A stretch of 64,000 nucleotides of DNA from Dimorphilus gyrociliatus (GCA_904063045.1 CAJFCJ010000002.1:4025891-4089890), one strand, 5' to 3'; shown: positions 12,476 to 26,877, numbered from the stretch's first letter. Notes: generated from the letters alone by a model not told the origin. Translations and numbers: made by a program.

Positions 12476-13291
12476 ATGGCTACTTTATTTGGTAGACTTG
12501 GAAAAGTAGGTGCAGCTCTAGCTGTCGTAGGAAGTGTGGTGAATCAAGCTCTGTATAATGTCGATGGTGGTCATAGAGCCGTTATTTTTGATCGTTTCAG
12601 TGGTGTGAAAGAGGGAGTTATTGGAGAAGGTACGCATTTTTTGATCCCGTGGGTGCAAAAGCCAATCATTTTTGATGTAAGATCAAGACCAAGATCAGTT
12701 CCAACCATTACTGGCAGTAAGGATTTGCAAAACGTAAATATCACTTTAAGAGTTTTGTTCCGACCGGTTGCCGAAGCACTGCCTAAAATTTTCACAAACT
12801 TGGGCCAAGATTACGACGAAAGAGTTTTACCGTCTATCATAAATGAAGTTTTAAAAGCTACCGTTGCTCAGTATGATGCCGGAGAGCTCATTACACAGAG
12901 AGAAACCGTGTCATTAGATGTAAACAACGAATTAACCATAAGAGCAAAACAATTCGGGCTTATTCTAGATGACATTTCTATTACCCATCTAACATTTGGA
13001 CGAGAGTTTACCGAAGCCGTTGAAATGAAACAAGTTGCGCAGCAAGAAGCTGAAAAAGCTAGATATATTGTCGAAAAGGAAGAACAAAAAAAGAAGGCGG
13101 CAGTTATTAGAGCTGAGGGAGACTCAGAAGGTGCTCAGCTTATTTCAAAGGCTCTTAATGATGGTGGAGAAGGTTTAATAGAACTAAGAAAGATCGAAGC
13201 AGCCGAAGATATTGCTTACCAATTGTCGCAGAGTCCTGGCGTAGCCTATCTACCCCAAGGACAACAGACTTTGTTGGGTTTGCAACATTAA
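12476..13291 (+). CDS. PHB1: Prohibitin 1, 271 aa; uninterrupted CDS with a probable 5'UTR intron at 12302-12464.
   Basis: [69 protein letters not shown]: a PHB1-type SPFH protein. Confidence 0.98.
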   Translation: MATLFGRLGKVGAALAVVGSVVNQALYNVDGGHRAVIFDRFSGVKEGVIGEGTHFLIPWVQKPIIFDVRSRPRSVPTITGSKDLQNVNITLRVLFRPVAEALPKIFTNLGQDYDERVLPSIINEVLKATVAQYDAGELITQRETVSLDVNNELTIRAKQFGLILDDISITHLTFGREFTEAVEMKQVAQQEAEKARYIVEKEEQKKKAAVIRAEGDSEGAQLISKALNDGGEGLIELRKIEAAEDIAYQLSQSPGVAYLPQGQQTLLGLQH

Positions 13292-13385
13292 GTAACTATT
13301 TGTTACTGTGTAAAATTTGAAATATACATGTATTAGAAAGTATATCAAGTAATAATTCTTTTGTATATTTCTGTTCTTTCTTAGC

Positions 13386-15411
13386 TTAAGCATAAGATTT
13401 ACTTCGAACGATCATATGATCAATCCCACAACAAACATCCACAGCTTCCGCTGGCAATAAAACCTATAAAAATGTTAGATATAACAAATGAAAAATATTA
13501 ATAATTTTAGTCTTACTTTAAAAGGAAAAAATTGATCAAGTTTATGTCCTAATCCCAAGACGGCAAACTTATTTCTTCCCCATGTGTACAAATCTCCATT
13601 ATCTGTACGGAAATTAGATATTTTAGATGAATAATAAGATTCATTTAAAACTTACTATTTAAAACAGCAAAATGATTCAATCCAGATTTCAAACTCACGA
13701 CTTCACAATCTGGATTAAAGTCATTTTTGCCGAATAAAACTTCGGGAATTTTGGTAGGTTGACAACAATTATCCAATTTTGGACCAAGACCTAAAATACC
13801 AAAACCCCATACAAAAATTTCTCCCTTATCTGAAAAGTATGACATTCCAATTATTAAGTTACGACAAGTGCAAGAACAAACCGTTTAGTGCAGCGCAAGT
13901 GGAGCCTCCTGTAGCCGTTTCTATAACTTTTCCCATATCAAGAGGCAATCTCCTAGGTACGTTTAATTGCAATATATCTTTTTGGATAGAATAAAATTGA
14001 TTGTATTCACAGTTGCCCCAACCAAACACATCTCCCTTATCTATAATAAAACAATATTTCTTTAGATATAAATATATATGTATATCAGATTATCCTACTT
14101 AGGTTATACCTGAAACTGCTAAGCAGGTATCTGCAATACAAGAAATTTGAACAATATGCTCATTTTCTATATCTCCTTTGACTAGCATAGGAGTTCCCGT
14201 TACATTATAGTGACCCAAACCTAGAAATAAAGTTTGTTAAAAGAGTGATGAAACAAAAACCAACGACCTACCAGTCTGTCCATCAGCTCCAAGACCGCAA
14301 GCGTAGACCTTTCCCGATGTAGTGAGTAAAAGAGTTTGATCCATACCACAGACAACTTGTTTAACTGTCTCGTCAAGTTCTATTTTATGTACCTTGAGAC
14401 TAGACTTGTATATTTCCCCCTCAACTGGCTGTCTGCCTAATTGACCATAGGAGTTGTTGCCCAAAGATAGTACTAAAATAAAAGAAATTTATAACTTCAC
14501 ATATAGATTAAAGAAAAAAAATTGAAACCTGAACTATCGGTAGCAATAACAGAATGAGCTCTTCCACAATCCATACTAACTATTTTACTATCTTCAGATA
14601 GTAAGGATGAAGGAATATTTACTTTTCTTGGTTCAAGTACATAGTCCAGACTATCTTCTAAAAAACATATTTACATATAAATCTACAGTATAATTTTTAA
14701 AAGTCTTTTTTAAAGTGCTCTTCTTTCTAAACCAATTAAATTTTGTTATGCCTTGTTACTGATATTCTTTGAGCTTAGAAAAAGAAAATCATCAATCAAA
14801 TTTTAAGTTAAAGAAATCAACTTTAAGATTTGAAAATAAAAATGCTTATATTAATATATATATACAGGTATTAGTAATTCATAAAATACTGACTACAGTT
14901 TGAAGATGGATGATATCCCAGTTGAGAATCAGTATTTATGCCACATCCGTAAATTTCTGTGATATTTTTAGCCGTTTTACATGCGAATAGAGAAAAGCCG
15001 ATACCACATGCAATCTTCTCTACCTGTTAAAATATATATTTCCTAGTTTAAACATGTTAAGTATAAATGTATACTTTATCATTTTTTGCTTCAAAATCCT
15101 TCAGTCGATATGGTATTAACTGCATTCGTCTTGGAGATCCCTTTTTTTCTGGGTCAACATGCTTTTTGACCCCTGTTATTTTTGCTGTGTTGAAGGTTTT
15201 TAGAGAAACAACAAAAGTATTGTTTACCTAATGCTCCTGTTGAGGCATAGCCCCAAACATAGACTCTCTCTACTCGTTTTGTCTTTTCTGAGGCATATTC
15301 CCAAATGATTTCTGAATCTGCTTGCTGTTTGAGAGTTTTTTTTGACCATGAGCTAGCTCTTAGTTGTTTTCGCAAAGTTGACGTAACTGATGATCGGCAC
15401 GAGTGAAGCAT
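13386..15411 (-). CDS. RCC1L: RCC1-like mitochondrial protein (WBSCR16), 9 exons.
   Basis: Basic, Ser-rich N-terminal presequence, then ERVYVWGYASTGALG, IACGIGFS, GINTDSQLG, CGRAHS, GNNSYGQLG, CGLGADGQTGLG, FVWGFGILGLGP, LYTWG, CCGIDHM...KSYA*. All introns could be placed as GT-AG. The ATG is at 15411; the ORF track start is a GTG. Confidence 0.92.
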
Positions 15412-16111
15412 GTTGAAAGCCACCTTTAAAAAGTCGCAGGTTAATTTGAGAGAAGGGTAGTTCAGTCTCTATAGAATGTTACCTTATCAACTGTAGAATG
15501 TATTATTGCTTTTTAACGAAGCTTTTTTTATGTCTTAAGCTTATAAGATAAAATTATGGTTTCGTCCTATTAACTTTGCAGCAGACAATGTGTCTCTAAA
15601 GAGAATCCTGGTGTTGGAAGTGGTGCCCTCTATAGGAGATTTTGAACAGACTTTATTTTACCTATTAAATACTCTTTCAAAATAATTTGTTTGTTTTCAA
15701 GACCGAAAATATGTTTATTAATTTTTCTAAAATAAGCATTGAACGTCTTTCTATTTCACTTAATAATTGAGTTTTATATTTTACTTAACCATCTTCTGGA
15801 GGTCGCTGACAGTCTTCCGAAATCGGTTTAACAACTCTCTTGTGTCTTTTTCAACCACCGGATATGGTGACATTACTCTTGCGTTGTTCCGGAATTTTGT
15901 GTTATGATTAAATATACAATTTTTTTGGCACGTAGCGAGAAATTTAACTATTAACTTCATAATAAAATATATTTCAAGGTATTTACATCAATTTCATTAT
16001 TTGTCCAATACAAAATGGGTGCAGTGGAAGCGCATATGGAGTTTCTCATGCCTCCCGGTGTTAAATTATCATTTCACAAGGTATTGTAATAGCTTTTGCC
16101 TGTTTAAATAG

Positions 16112-16501
16112 ATGGCTCGTGGACAACAAAAGATTCAGTCGCAACAAAAGGCTGCTAAGAAGGCCCAAGATTTGAAGAAACGTCAAAATCACGATCAAAA
16201 AGCAGCAGCTCAAAAAGCTTTAACTCACGTTTGTAGCGTTTGTAAGGTGTGTATCGTAATTTGTTATACTTTATTGTTTGTTTTTTTTCTAAACAAAGCT
16301 TTGAACGGAAAGAAAAACAAATGCTATTTGGAGTCAAAGTGTTATATTTTCAGATCATGAGAACAATATGGTTGATATTACTTGTTAAAAAACTTTTTTT
16401 TTTACTTATAGGCCCAAATGCCTGATCCTAAAACCTACAAACAACATTTCGAGAATAAACATCCCAAGTCTGCTTTGCCGGAAGAATTAAAGGAGGTTTA
16501 G
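16112..16501 (+). CDS. ZNF706: Zinc finger protein 706 (4F5/SERF-like N-terminus plus C2H2), 74 aa. Exons 16112-16246 and 16412-16501.
   Basis: MARGQQKIQSQQKAAKK...CSVCK|AQMPDPKTYKQHFENKHPKSALPEELKEV*. The ATG directly follows an acceptor-like TTTAAATAG. Confidence 0.95.
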
Positions 16502-19111
16502 CTTCGAAGAAAAATTATTGAAGTCATAGCAAGCTTCCACATCAGCATTGAAGTCATTTTGTTTGAGACCCATGAACATATGTCATATGTCACTCAACTA
16601 ATCTTATTCTGTTTATCATAGTATATACGTATATCCAATTTCAGTTATCCCGTTGTCAATTTACAGTTTGAAAGAATCATAATTTTCTATTTCATTCATA
16701 ACTGCAAAGTGATATACAAATTGTTAACTATTTTTTCTTTTGCCTACTCAAGTTTCTTAGAATTATCGTCCATATAATCATTCACTTTAATCTATTTTTT
16801 TGGAAATTTTCCTGTCATTCACCTCCTATAGGAACTAAGTTGCCATCAAAACAAAGTTTCAAGGGAAAATAAATGAGATATATTTTCCTTATTCGCTTTT
16901 CCGTAAAAAATAATTCCGACCTATTTAACCCATTTCGAGCAAATATTCCCACTGTGAAAAGTAGCGAACGAAAGGAAGGGGAATAACAGCGTGCGTAAAG
17001 TATTTTTTTGTAGACGTCGTCTAATTTTAACAAATATGAAGAGTGTACAGGAAAAAACATTCTATTCGTATTTTTCTTAATATTCGTACGTGAGATACTT
17101 TTTACGGTAGAAAATAGTAATAATGTAATAGGTCTTGTATTTTCTGCTTGTTAACTTATCATTAGTTTTTCGAGGTGTAAAGTAAGAAGAGTCTCATATA
17201 GATATATACAGTATACAGTATATCAATTAGTACATAACTATAGGTATATTCAGTATATAAATTTATATATACTGTATACTGTATAAAGTATATGTAATTA
17301 ATAGTCTTCTCTACATGTTTAATAGTGCAGGCGTATAAAATTAATACCACATTTACGCTGCCTAATATTTTCCACTGGAATTTTTTATATCTCGTTCAGA
17401 ATTCAAATGTAGGAGAAAATTGTTAATAATTTACTATAAGCATATATACATATATTGTATAGGCAGTATTTCGTCAAGTACAATATAAAAGGGTATTCTA
17501 TTTAATGATCAATTTTTACATTAAAAGCTATCTTCTCCCTTTTATTGTTTTTTCCTCCTTTTTTCTATATTCTGTGTTTTCATTAAAAGTTAATGATAAG
17601 TTTTTATGCGGGATTGTTTCTGCAATGGTTTCTGAATTCTATTACCTATGGTTGGAATTTCTTATTCTCTTATCCTAGTAAACTGGTAGAAATTTAAATT
17701 TCTTAGATTTTATTAATTGCACTTGACAATACCGCTAATTAATCTATTAGAAAATTAATGTCAATGAATGAAAGCAGATAAAACTTATTATTGTCTTAGG
17801 ATAATGTGAAGGTTGTAATTCAGGAAGAAATATTGCAATTTTCCTGGAATTGCTGTTGATAGTTCTATAGGTAATTCGTATTTAGGAACGAAATGATAAA
17901 GGGTTATGGTTGTTTTACACTCTCTTGTTCGCCTCTTTGTTATATTCATATATAACAAAGAATTATTTTATGAATAGAGATCGTGAACTTTAGTATAAAA
18001 AGAATGTATTAATTTTTCTAGGTATATCTATCTATTATTAGAACGTGTATTTCATCAGTTCTTTCATGTAAAGAGAAACTCTTATGGGTACTCTATGGGT
18101 ACTCTCAACTAAGAAATAAAATATCGTTCCCTTCCGCTTAATTTTTATAAGAGATAATTTAAAAAGTATTAGTACAAATTTCCAACCATCAATCACAGTA
18201 AATTATTTAGCTACTTAGGATCTTGAAAAGGCGAGAAAACAAAAGAGCTAATAAGAAGGAACGCTTTAAAGTAAATTAATCCTTTATAATCATTTCAACT
18301 TCAAGAAACTTAGCGTAGAATATTAGAATCTATATACAACTTATGAAAGATCTACTTCATTCTTTTTTCTTACTCTCTACATATTTAATGCAAGTGTTAT
18401 AGGTTGAAAATGATTAAATCTGTATATGAGCTACTTTTACTAGTTTTTACTTAAAAGAACAGTAATTCAAAAGATATATGCAGGCCTAAACAATATAATT
18501 TACAAATCTTTTAGTAATATAATCAGCGTAGCGTGATACCTTATCCAATGAGGTGAGAATTTACAGTATTATTGTTCGGATGACTGAGGAATGGGAAAGA
18601 AAATATTTGTGGACTAATCTAATATATAGTTAAATATGCAATATGTAAACAAAACAAGTAGAGTATTACTTTGATCGATATTTTATGAATAATCGTTTCT
18701 TTCCACAATTAAATTTTTTTTAATTTTTAATGTTATTAAAATAATTTTTATATTCATTTCTTCTTTTTGCCTTATTGATTCTAATTTCAAGAGATTTGAC
18801 GGTAGATGATTAGGTATAATTGATTCTTTTCTTTAAATAGAAAGCATTACTGACTGAAGAAAAAGGTCTTACCTTGCCTAAAGAATATTAGAGTCTTAAA
18901 GATCAATTTAAAGAGATTTCATTTGAAAAATTAGAAAACTTTCATTTTCAGTGTAAACATTAAAATTTCATTATGTTTAATAGTTTTTCCAATAAATTTT
19001 TTTGAAATATAATACGTATCTAATAGATGGCTTATATATGAATAGTCTTACCACTAGGTGACATTGCGTATGTTGGGCATCCATTTCTTGACGAAACTTC
19101 ATAAGTGAGAA

Positions 19112-22100
19112 ATGTTTCCTTCCGAAAATGCTACTGCCAATAGAACCGACAGTGACGTGTATGAGTCGAGTCAGACAAAGATAATTGTAACAGTCATCTA
19201 CATCTTAACTGCGGTAACAGCTTTAACTGGAAATACTCTTGCAATATGCGTTTTAAGCGGTAAAAAGAAAAGGAAAAAGGATCTAAGTAAATATTTAATA
19301 AATTTAGCTGTTGCCGATTTGTGTATGGCAGTTTTCTGTATTCCTTTTACTTATACTCACGTCGTTTTTGGTTTCTGGCCTTTTGGAAAATTTCTCTGCC
19401 CAACTGTATCTTTCTTTCAAGTTGTAGGAGTCAGCGTTAGCATCTTTACAAATATTGCATTTGCCGTGAACAGGTATGCAAACCTTCCTTTTCTTTGCAT
19501 TTCTTTTTTTAGCTATGTTGAAATGATAATACTAAATCTTTCTATAATTTGTAAAGAATCTTGGAACCTATTGCACTTAAGAAACGACAAAGAGTATTTC
19601 CTGTTCTTTTGTTCTCAAAGTCTAATCTAAGACTTTTGTATTCAAAAAATTGCTTAGAATGTTTCACGAATCTATGAGTGAAGATATCTTTATGATCATT
19701 TTAAATGTTTCCTTTTTTCTATATTATAAAAAATTAGCCAATATAAAGTCTCAAGACGATAAGAAAGAGTTTCACCATCCCATTTGTTGTAACTAAAGTT
19801 ATATCTCATTCCAGCAATGCTAACAGTTATATTCCAAATTTTAAGACTGGAAATGGTAAAGGATATATCTTGCAAATTTTACGGCGGGGAATAACAGATG
19901 CAAAGTACATGCTCTCAATAACTAAGGAGTGTTTTCTTATGCAAACTTTAGAGTCTTAAATAAAAACAAATTTCTTCTTTATAAAGTCTAGCATTGAATG
20001 CTATTAATAATGCTATTATCACTATATTCTCTATTCTTAAAGACAAACGCAAAAAAGAATTTTGTTTTTTTTTGTAATAAAACCAACAGAACAAAAAACC
20101 TTATAATCTGTCTATATTTCTCTGTGTTCTCTTTTCTACTCATGATGCTAGCTGCATATATTAAGAACGGAAGGGGAATTAAATATGCAAATACAAATGT
20201 GTTTTATCGAGAAATAAAGAAAGGCTGAGAGACGTCTAATAGACAAAAGTAAAGTTTTGTTTTTTCAATTTGCTTTCCGTGAATATTTGAGAAAGCATTT
20301 ATTATTTCAATACGAGTAAACAAGAGAACTAGCTGATACGTTAATATTAAAATTCTATTTGTTATAAATTTTGTGCGTTTAACTTCTCGCTCTCATTCTT
20401 GAATATTTAATGTACAACTTTTAATGCACACTGATGGAGAATCTGTATAATAGAGGCAAAAAATGTTTCAAAGCAATTGACATGTTAATTATGGAAATGC
20501 GTCACTCTGTTATGATAATTAAATAGTTAAGCAGCAAACGGATAAAGCATCATGTCCAAAAGAGAAAAAGAAACTGCTAAATTTCCTGCTGTTCATATTA
20601 ATTGTTAGCTCCCTTTTCTTTTCCTTTAAGATAAGTAATCTTTTGAAGATTAGACAAGTCTACCTTACCTTATCAGTTGAATACTAAGGGAGAATAAAAA
20701 AGAAGAAAAGGGAAGATAAGTAGGCAGTTAGAAGAGATGTTTGGCCTTGTTAACGAATAAAAAAATTGAGATCAATAGGGAAAGAAAATTTAATGATTTT
20801 CTTTTTTTTTTGAGAGTTGAGAAATCAAGCAGCAATTCACTTGTTGAGCTGCTGCAGCGAAATGGAAAATGATTCGACTTGTTAATACTTATTGTATTCA
20901 TGATCGATTCTTATCGCATTTATAATATAAAGAAAATAATGAAAAGAATTTATTTACTCTTTATGATGTATGACAGTTATGATTGCAATTTTTCTCTTTT
21001 TTTTGGATATATATTCTTATGTTATGCAGAAGAAAAAGGAGAGAGCGTAATGAATGCAGCAATAATGAAAACTTATTTTTAATATTTTCAATTAGTTAGT
21101 TGTTTTCAACAACGAGTCTTAGTTTTAGTGCTTTCGTTTTGCCATAAACCTGATTAATATCCTTTTAATTTCCGTCAATAGTTTTGAGCATAGTAAAATG
21201 GGTGGTCTTTTATTTTAAAAAGTATGATGTATTTTTTATAACATTGTAAAATTAACAATAATCGTTCACCGGAAAACAGTTATAGAGTGTCATTAATCCT
21301 TGGGGCACTGTTTTTCTTTCTGTATTTCTTTTATTTGAGATAGCCGAAACCAATGTTGTCTAGGAATGGATGAATACAAGTTGTTTATTTCTTTTTCTTT
21401 TTTTATAAATGAAAAGTCAGTGTTAGTTCAAGTTTCATTTCAAATTTTGCTACAATGAATTATATCAATGTTGTTGTGAGAGTAAAATAACATCACCGTA
21501 TTAAAAAGAATGATTAAAACTGCTGTATTTCTACTTTATTGTCTTCTTTTCTTTCTTTCTCCCTGACTACCCGTCTGCCGGTCTCTTTCTCTGTCTTTCT
21601 TCTCGTCCTTTCCTTTATATTCTTTTTTTTCAATTTTAGAGCCATTAATTTAACTAGAAATTCAGAAATGAAAAGCCAATATTTCTGAATCTATTTAGAA
21701 AATTCTCTATTTATAGATACAATGTAAAAAAGCAATTTTTTCAAACCATTAAGAGTGTAGATTAAGTAGATTCTGTTTTGCTGTAATAAACAACTTTTTC
21801 CTTCTTTACAGGTTATTTGCTGTCATACAGCCATTACAGCATAAGCTAATGACAAAGAGAAGATTTAAAATTTTATTATCAACTTGGATCCTGGCTGCAT
21901 TTTTTGCTTTTCCACAATTGGTATTTAGGAGACAGAATACATTCCAAGGAAATTTTACTGTTGAATGGACGGTTTGCATGGAAGTTTGGCCAAAAGAATA
22001 TCTAAGAAATGCATACACAATTTGCCTGCTTGCTGCTACCTATTTAATACCATTATTAACCCTGACGGCAACTTATTCACTTATAGCTATTGCTTTCTCG

Positions 22101-22472
22101 AGAAGAAGGAGGCCAGGTGAATCAGTTGATGAGAAAGACGAAAAATTAAAACGCAGAATAATCAAGATGTCTGTAGTTATTGTGTCAGCTTACCTGTTTT
22201 GTTGGGCTCCTTTATATACTTTGACCGCAATTAGTCATCTTGCTCCAGAAAAGCTTGACAAAAATATTAGTTTTGAGATATTCTTTATTCCGGCGCACTG
22301 GCTAGCAATGGCTCACTCGTCAGTAAATCCAGTAGTGTATTGTTTCCTTTGTCATGGCTTTAGGAAAGATTTGAAACAACTGTTTGGCAGACATTTCGGC
22401 TATAAAAAGACATACAATCATTCAGTATTTAGACTTCATACTGAAAATTCTCAATTGACACCTACAAAATAG
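19112..22472 (+). CDS. Rhodopsin-class neuropeptide-type GPCR A (tachykinin/leucokinin/GPR83-like). Exons 19112-19473 and 21812-22472.
   Basis: N-glycosylated N-terminus, GNTL, YLINLAVADL, WPFGKFLC, CWAPL, HWLAMAHSSVNPVVY. The 2338-nt phase-2 GT-AG intron falls inside the TM3 N-R-L motif. The ligand cannot be assigned from sequence. Confidence 0.9.
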
Positions 22473-25198
22473 TTTTACAGTTTGAAAGATACTCTAAAAA
22501 CACTTTTTTTTTATTAACAAATATGATATTATCATAAATTTGTATATCTTCCATAAGATATCCTTGTGTTTCCATGTTCGTCTTGTTACTTAAAAGTAAT
22601 ATATTCTATCTGTAACCGTCTTTCTCCCTTTCCATAGTTTAGCATTAAATAACTATTATTTTCGTTTAAAAACAATACTTGAATACGATAAAACGAAATG
22701 AATGTATCGTTAATAAAATATTTCCATAACAAGAAAATGCCAAGACTTATTCTAAAAATAGAAACTACCGTTAATATAAAATATGAATACAATAAATAAA
22801 ATGAAAGTATGATAAAATAATTGAAGAAGAGTATAAAGACTCCTCTCTCTCTCTCTCCCATTTATTTATCTTTCAAATCCATCCCTAATCTTTCTACTCT
22901 ATCTATGCCACCTCCATATAATTTTTTTATTATAAAAAATAAGATGTTATTAGAGGCAAACTTTTTTTATTATTATCTATTTACGGAAATTATTTGTATT
23001 GATGACTAGAGTAATTTCAGCCAGAAACGAGGTAGACCTATTATATATATTTACCTATATGAATCACTTTTCTATCACTTTTCTATTCCCACTCGCTTTC
23101 TATCTGAATCTTGTGATAGGGAGGAGGGAAAGTTTGTCTACTCTTTCTTCTCTATTCTCTCTATATATTCTTTTATCTCTTTTCGCCTTTCTCTTTACTT
23201 TTTTTGATTTAAAAAATAAGTAGACGTTGTATAAATGGATACTAAATGTTGTAAAAGTTTCTAAAATTTCCAATTTCAAGCTAAAGATTACCTTTTAGAG
23301 AAGGACTTTAATACCCTAAGACTTATACATATCGTGTTTGGATACACAATATGAAGGATTAAATTAAGAGAAAAATAAATCAAAATGTTATAAATAACAT
23401 AGCTAATGAGTTACTTATAGATTTTTTGCATACAATTTTAATTATAGTGAGGAACGATAATAAACGATATTAAATTATGTGAGCAAATGTCTGATCTACC
23501 TATATCAATAAAATAGGTTGTCTTACCCTAAGGCTTACAAGTCAGGATTAATTATTTTCTCTATTAATTTAAAAATCATAAACAGATGTTGTTCAATGTA
23601 CTCTTATGGTAGAAGAGATAATTTTCACTTTTTTTATAGCTAGAAATGCGTCTAAGTATATAGTTGAAATATTATACGTAATTTAATAAATAGCATATTT
23701 TACAACTTCTTTATTAGTAATCTCTGTAGAATTGTTCTCAATAACGGAATAAGACTGATGACTATTGCTAATTCATTCCTTCGAATGGACGTCCAAGGAT
23801 ATGTGTATTAGAAAATTGTTGGAAATGTGACCCTTTAAATTGCTTCATTTTATCCTATGGAAAGAGCGTATATGCCTTGAGAGCAAATATTTCCTCGGTA
23901 TACATATGATCTGTGCAGATGTATTGATATTTGTATAATACAAAAGTATAAAGCCCATTATAAATGTATACAACAAACTACATATTAGAATATATATATA
24001 TATATATACTTTTCCTTCGTGCTTTTTAATTACAAATAGCTTAAAATGATAAAATTGTAAAGTATATTTGTTTCTTCTAAGACAAAGAAACGGCAATGTT
24101 TGAATAGTTGAAAATAATTACTTAAAAAAAGCTCAATAATATAATTTAATTTTAATTGTTGTAATTCTTTATTAAGAATCTAAGCATATGATTTTAAAAA
24201 AGTTTTAATAAACAATTAATTTATGATGTAAAAAAGAAAACTAAATTTTTACTAGTTTAACTTTAAAATCAGGGCACTAAAGAGAGTGACTTTTTAATTA
24301 TACAAGAAGATTGAGGCTGGAAAATTGTAACAAAGAGTATGACTCTCTTCATATAATTTGCGTGTTAAGTTTTACCATCTACTAAACAAGGTTTCCCTGA
24401 AGCAATATTCCTTGATTTTGGTCATTACACACAACTTATATCTCCAGTTTTGTCTATAATCATCTAGTAATACAGGCTATAGCTTACTCTAGATATTTTC
24501 GGATAAATCACCAGAAAAGGAAATACTTTAAAGAAATGTACACTTGTTGCTTTATTTTTCTAGGTAACCTGAATTGGTTTAAATATTAGTATTCAGTACA
24601 AGAAACCATATCTACTTTAATAATTAGTTCACTTATCTTTTAAACCGGCAAGGTTTTAATAAGATTAATTTTTAGACAATCTATAACGATCAACTCTGGT
24701 TAGAAATTTACGCAATGAAATATCATGAACGAGAGACTAAAGTAGGGAAATGGCGAGCAAGAGAGAGAGAGAGAGAGATAAATAAGTGAGAAATAAATAA
24801 AAAAAAGAAGAAAGGAAAGGAATATATAGAGTTGATATAAATAGTGCCTGATGCTGGAAATACTTCTTTTTGAGAGCGAAAAGCCAATAGATCACTTTAA
24901 AATTTATCAGATATAGACATTTTTTGTAATATTGTATTATTTGTTTGACGTATATAAAAAGTTGTCTGTAATCGGTACTAAGTGGGAAGATCAGCGTAAA
25001 CACTAGATGGCGTAAAAGTAGATGTATTTATTACAAATATAAATAAGCAATAGTTATAATATTCGTCTTTAAATACTTATATAGTCGTACTAAAAAAGAA
25101 GCTTTTCGTAACTTTTAATTAGCGAGCAATATGTTGAAATAGATAATTATACTGCATATGTACTGAATATTGACATATTTATATACATATGGTTAGAA

Positions 25199-25227
25199 TG
25201 AGAGAGAGCGAGAGAGAGAGAGAGAGA
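25199..25227. repeat. Imperfect (GA)n microsatellite
   Basis: Read directly; shorter GA runs also occur near 24760 and 42388. Confidence 0.85.
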
Positions 25228-26877
25228 AAATAGAAAGACTGTAAAAGATTATAAAGAATAATAGGAAAAAGATTGCATATAATAATTTTAAGTTAGAAAA
25301 GATAGAATAGAATAAATTGATGATTTATTCCTTGTATGAGAAATTACAGTTAGTCAAATTCAGTTAATAATCCGAATAAAAAGGGGAATTTGAAATACTC
25401 TCACTAAAATTATTTTTTAATGATATTTCCAAAAAAGATAGTTCACAGATGCTTTGAGAAATTTGCATATTAATGGAATTTGAAACGATGACGATATGAT
25501 TTAAAGTTATAGTAATTGCTTCAGATATTCTAGGGCCTTTACTGGAGCAAATAATTCTTTCAGCTTAAGAGAATAATAATCTTTGAGTATGATTAAATCT
25601 TAAATTAAGTAACTAAGGTAATATACCCTGAAAGATTTTAGATGGATAATCTTATACAGGTGAATATCAGTTTAAGGAGATTAAACTAAGTTTAAGAAGG
25701 AATAAAAACTATTAATAACTGAATTCTAATTATTTCTCTCACCTTGAAAGAGAATATACAGGTATTAAACATGATGGCCGAAATTTCACTTTGGAGTATT
25801 CTGTATAATGTATAGGTAGCTTACCATTGAGGTATATAATGCATTTTATAAAGAATAAATAAATAAACGAGCTATTTATAATGTAATAAGGATACGTAAT
25901 AATAAAAAACAAGGTTTAAAAAGTAACTATATAAAAGATAAACAATGGTAAATGTGATAAGAAACTGTTACTTTTGAGTATAACAATAAAAACTTGTATA
26001 AAAATAAAATATATTTTTAGCTATCTCCGACTTAAACATATTTCTAATTTTCCGCCAGGTACGTAGAATATACTAGCATAAAAACTCGTATAGAAAGATA
26101 AATGAATATGAAAACAGTCGGAAAAAAATAGGAAGAGGATGCGAACAAAAATATAGTCTATGCAGTTTTTTCAATATTAAATTTCAATGTTTCTTTTTTC
26201 ATGGAGACATAAGTATTGATATATTTTATGTATAAATCTACAATTTATGGTATTTTGGTATGCTATAGTATATGTTATCTATTATATAAATCATGGTATA
26301 AATACATATACATGCGATTTGTGAAAATAATTGCAGTTTGCTTTCAGGTAAAGAGTTTCCTAAAAAGGAAAGCAGAGAAAAAAATTATAGTATGCAAATT
26401 AGATAGATTAATTAATATATATATATATAACGTAAACAAATAATTAAAGCAATTTTTATTTATATTTGTTTATATTTCAATTTTGATGAGTTTGGTTGCA
26501 AAATGGATAAAATTTATATTCAAGATCTTCTATCGTAGTTTTTATTTATAAATGTATTTCTTATATTCAGGAATTTTCTTTTGACATATATTGGGGGGGA
26601 AAAGTTGTTATTGTTTAAGTCTTAAATGTCCTTGAGTTGATTACTGACTTGTAATTGAATTTATTAACTTTAACTAAGTGCTAAGCTCTTGAAAGTCAAT
26701 TCTTTGAATACGTGGACGTAATTTATTTATTATAATAAAAGTGACTTAGTACATTTCGATTGGAAATCCTATAAATAAAAATATAGAGAGGGATTGAGGG
26801 AGGGGGAAAGAAGGAACATTTATATCCTAGTTTTTTTCTATCAACCTATGGAATATAAAGATTATATCTGACGGAAA

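Noticed and set aside
16081-16111. Apparent 31-nt GT-AG intron just before the ZNF706 ATG
   Set aside because: It is much shorter than any other intron here (minimum ~54 nt); an upstream donor is more likely.
17714-17735. AATTGCACTTG matching the 5' end of miR-92
   Set aside because: The match stops after 11 nt and I could not fold a precursor hairpin.
20826-20858. GC-richer partial palindrome (GCAGCAATTCA...TGAGCTGCTGC) in GPCR A intron 1
   Set aside because: Too short and imperfect for a pre-miRNA. It could be a regulatory site, but nothing supports a call.
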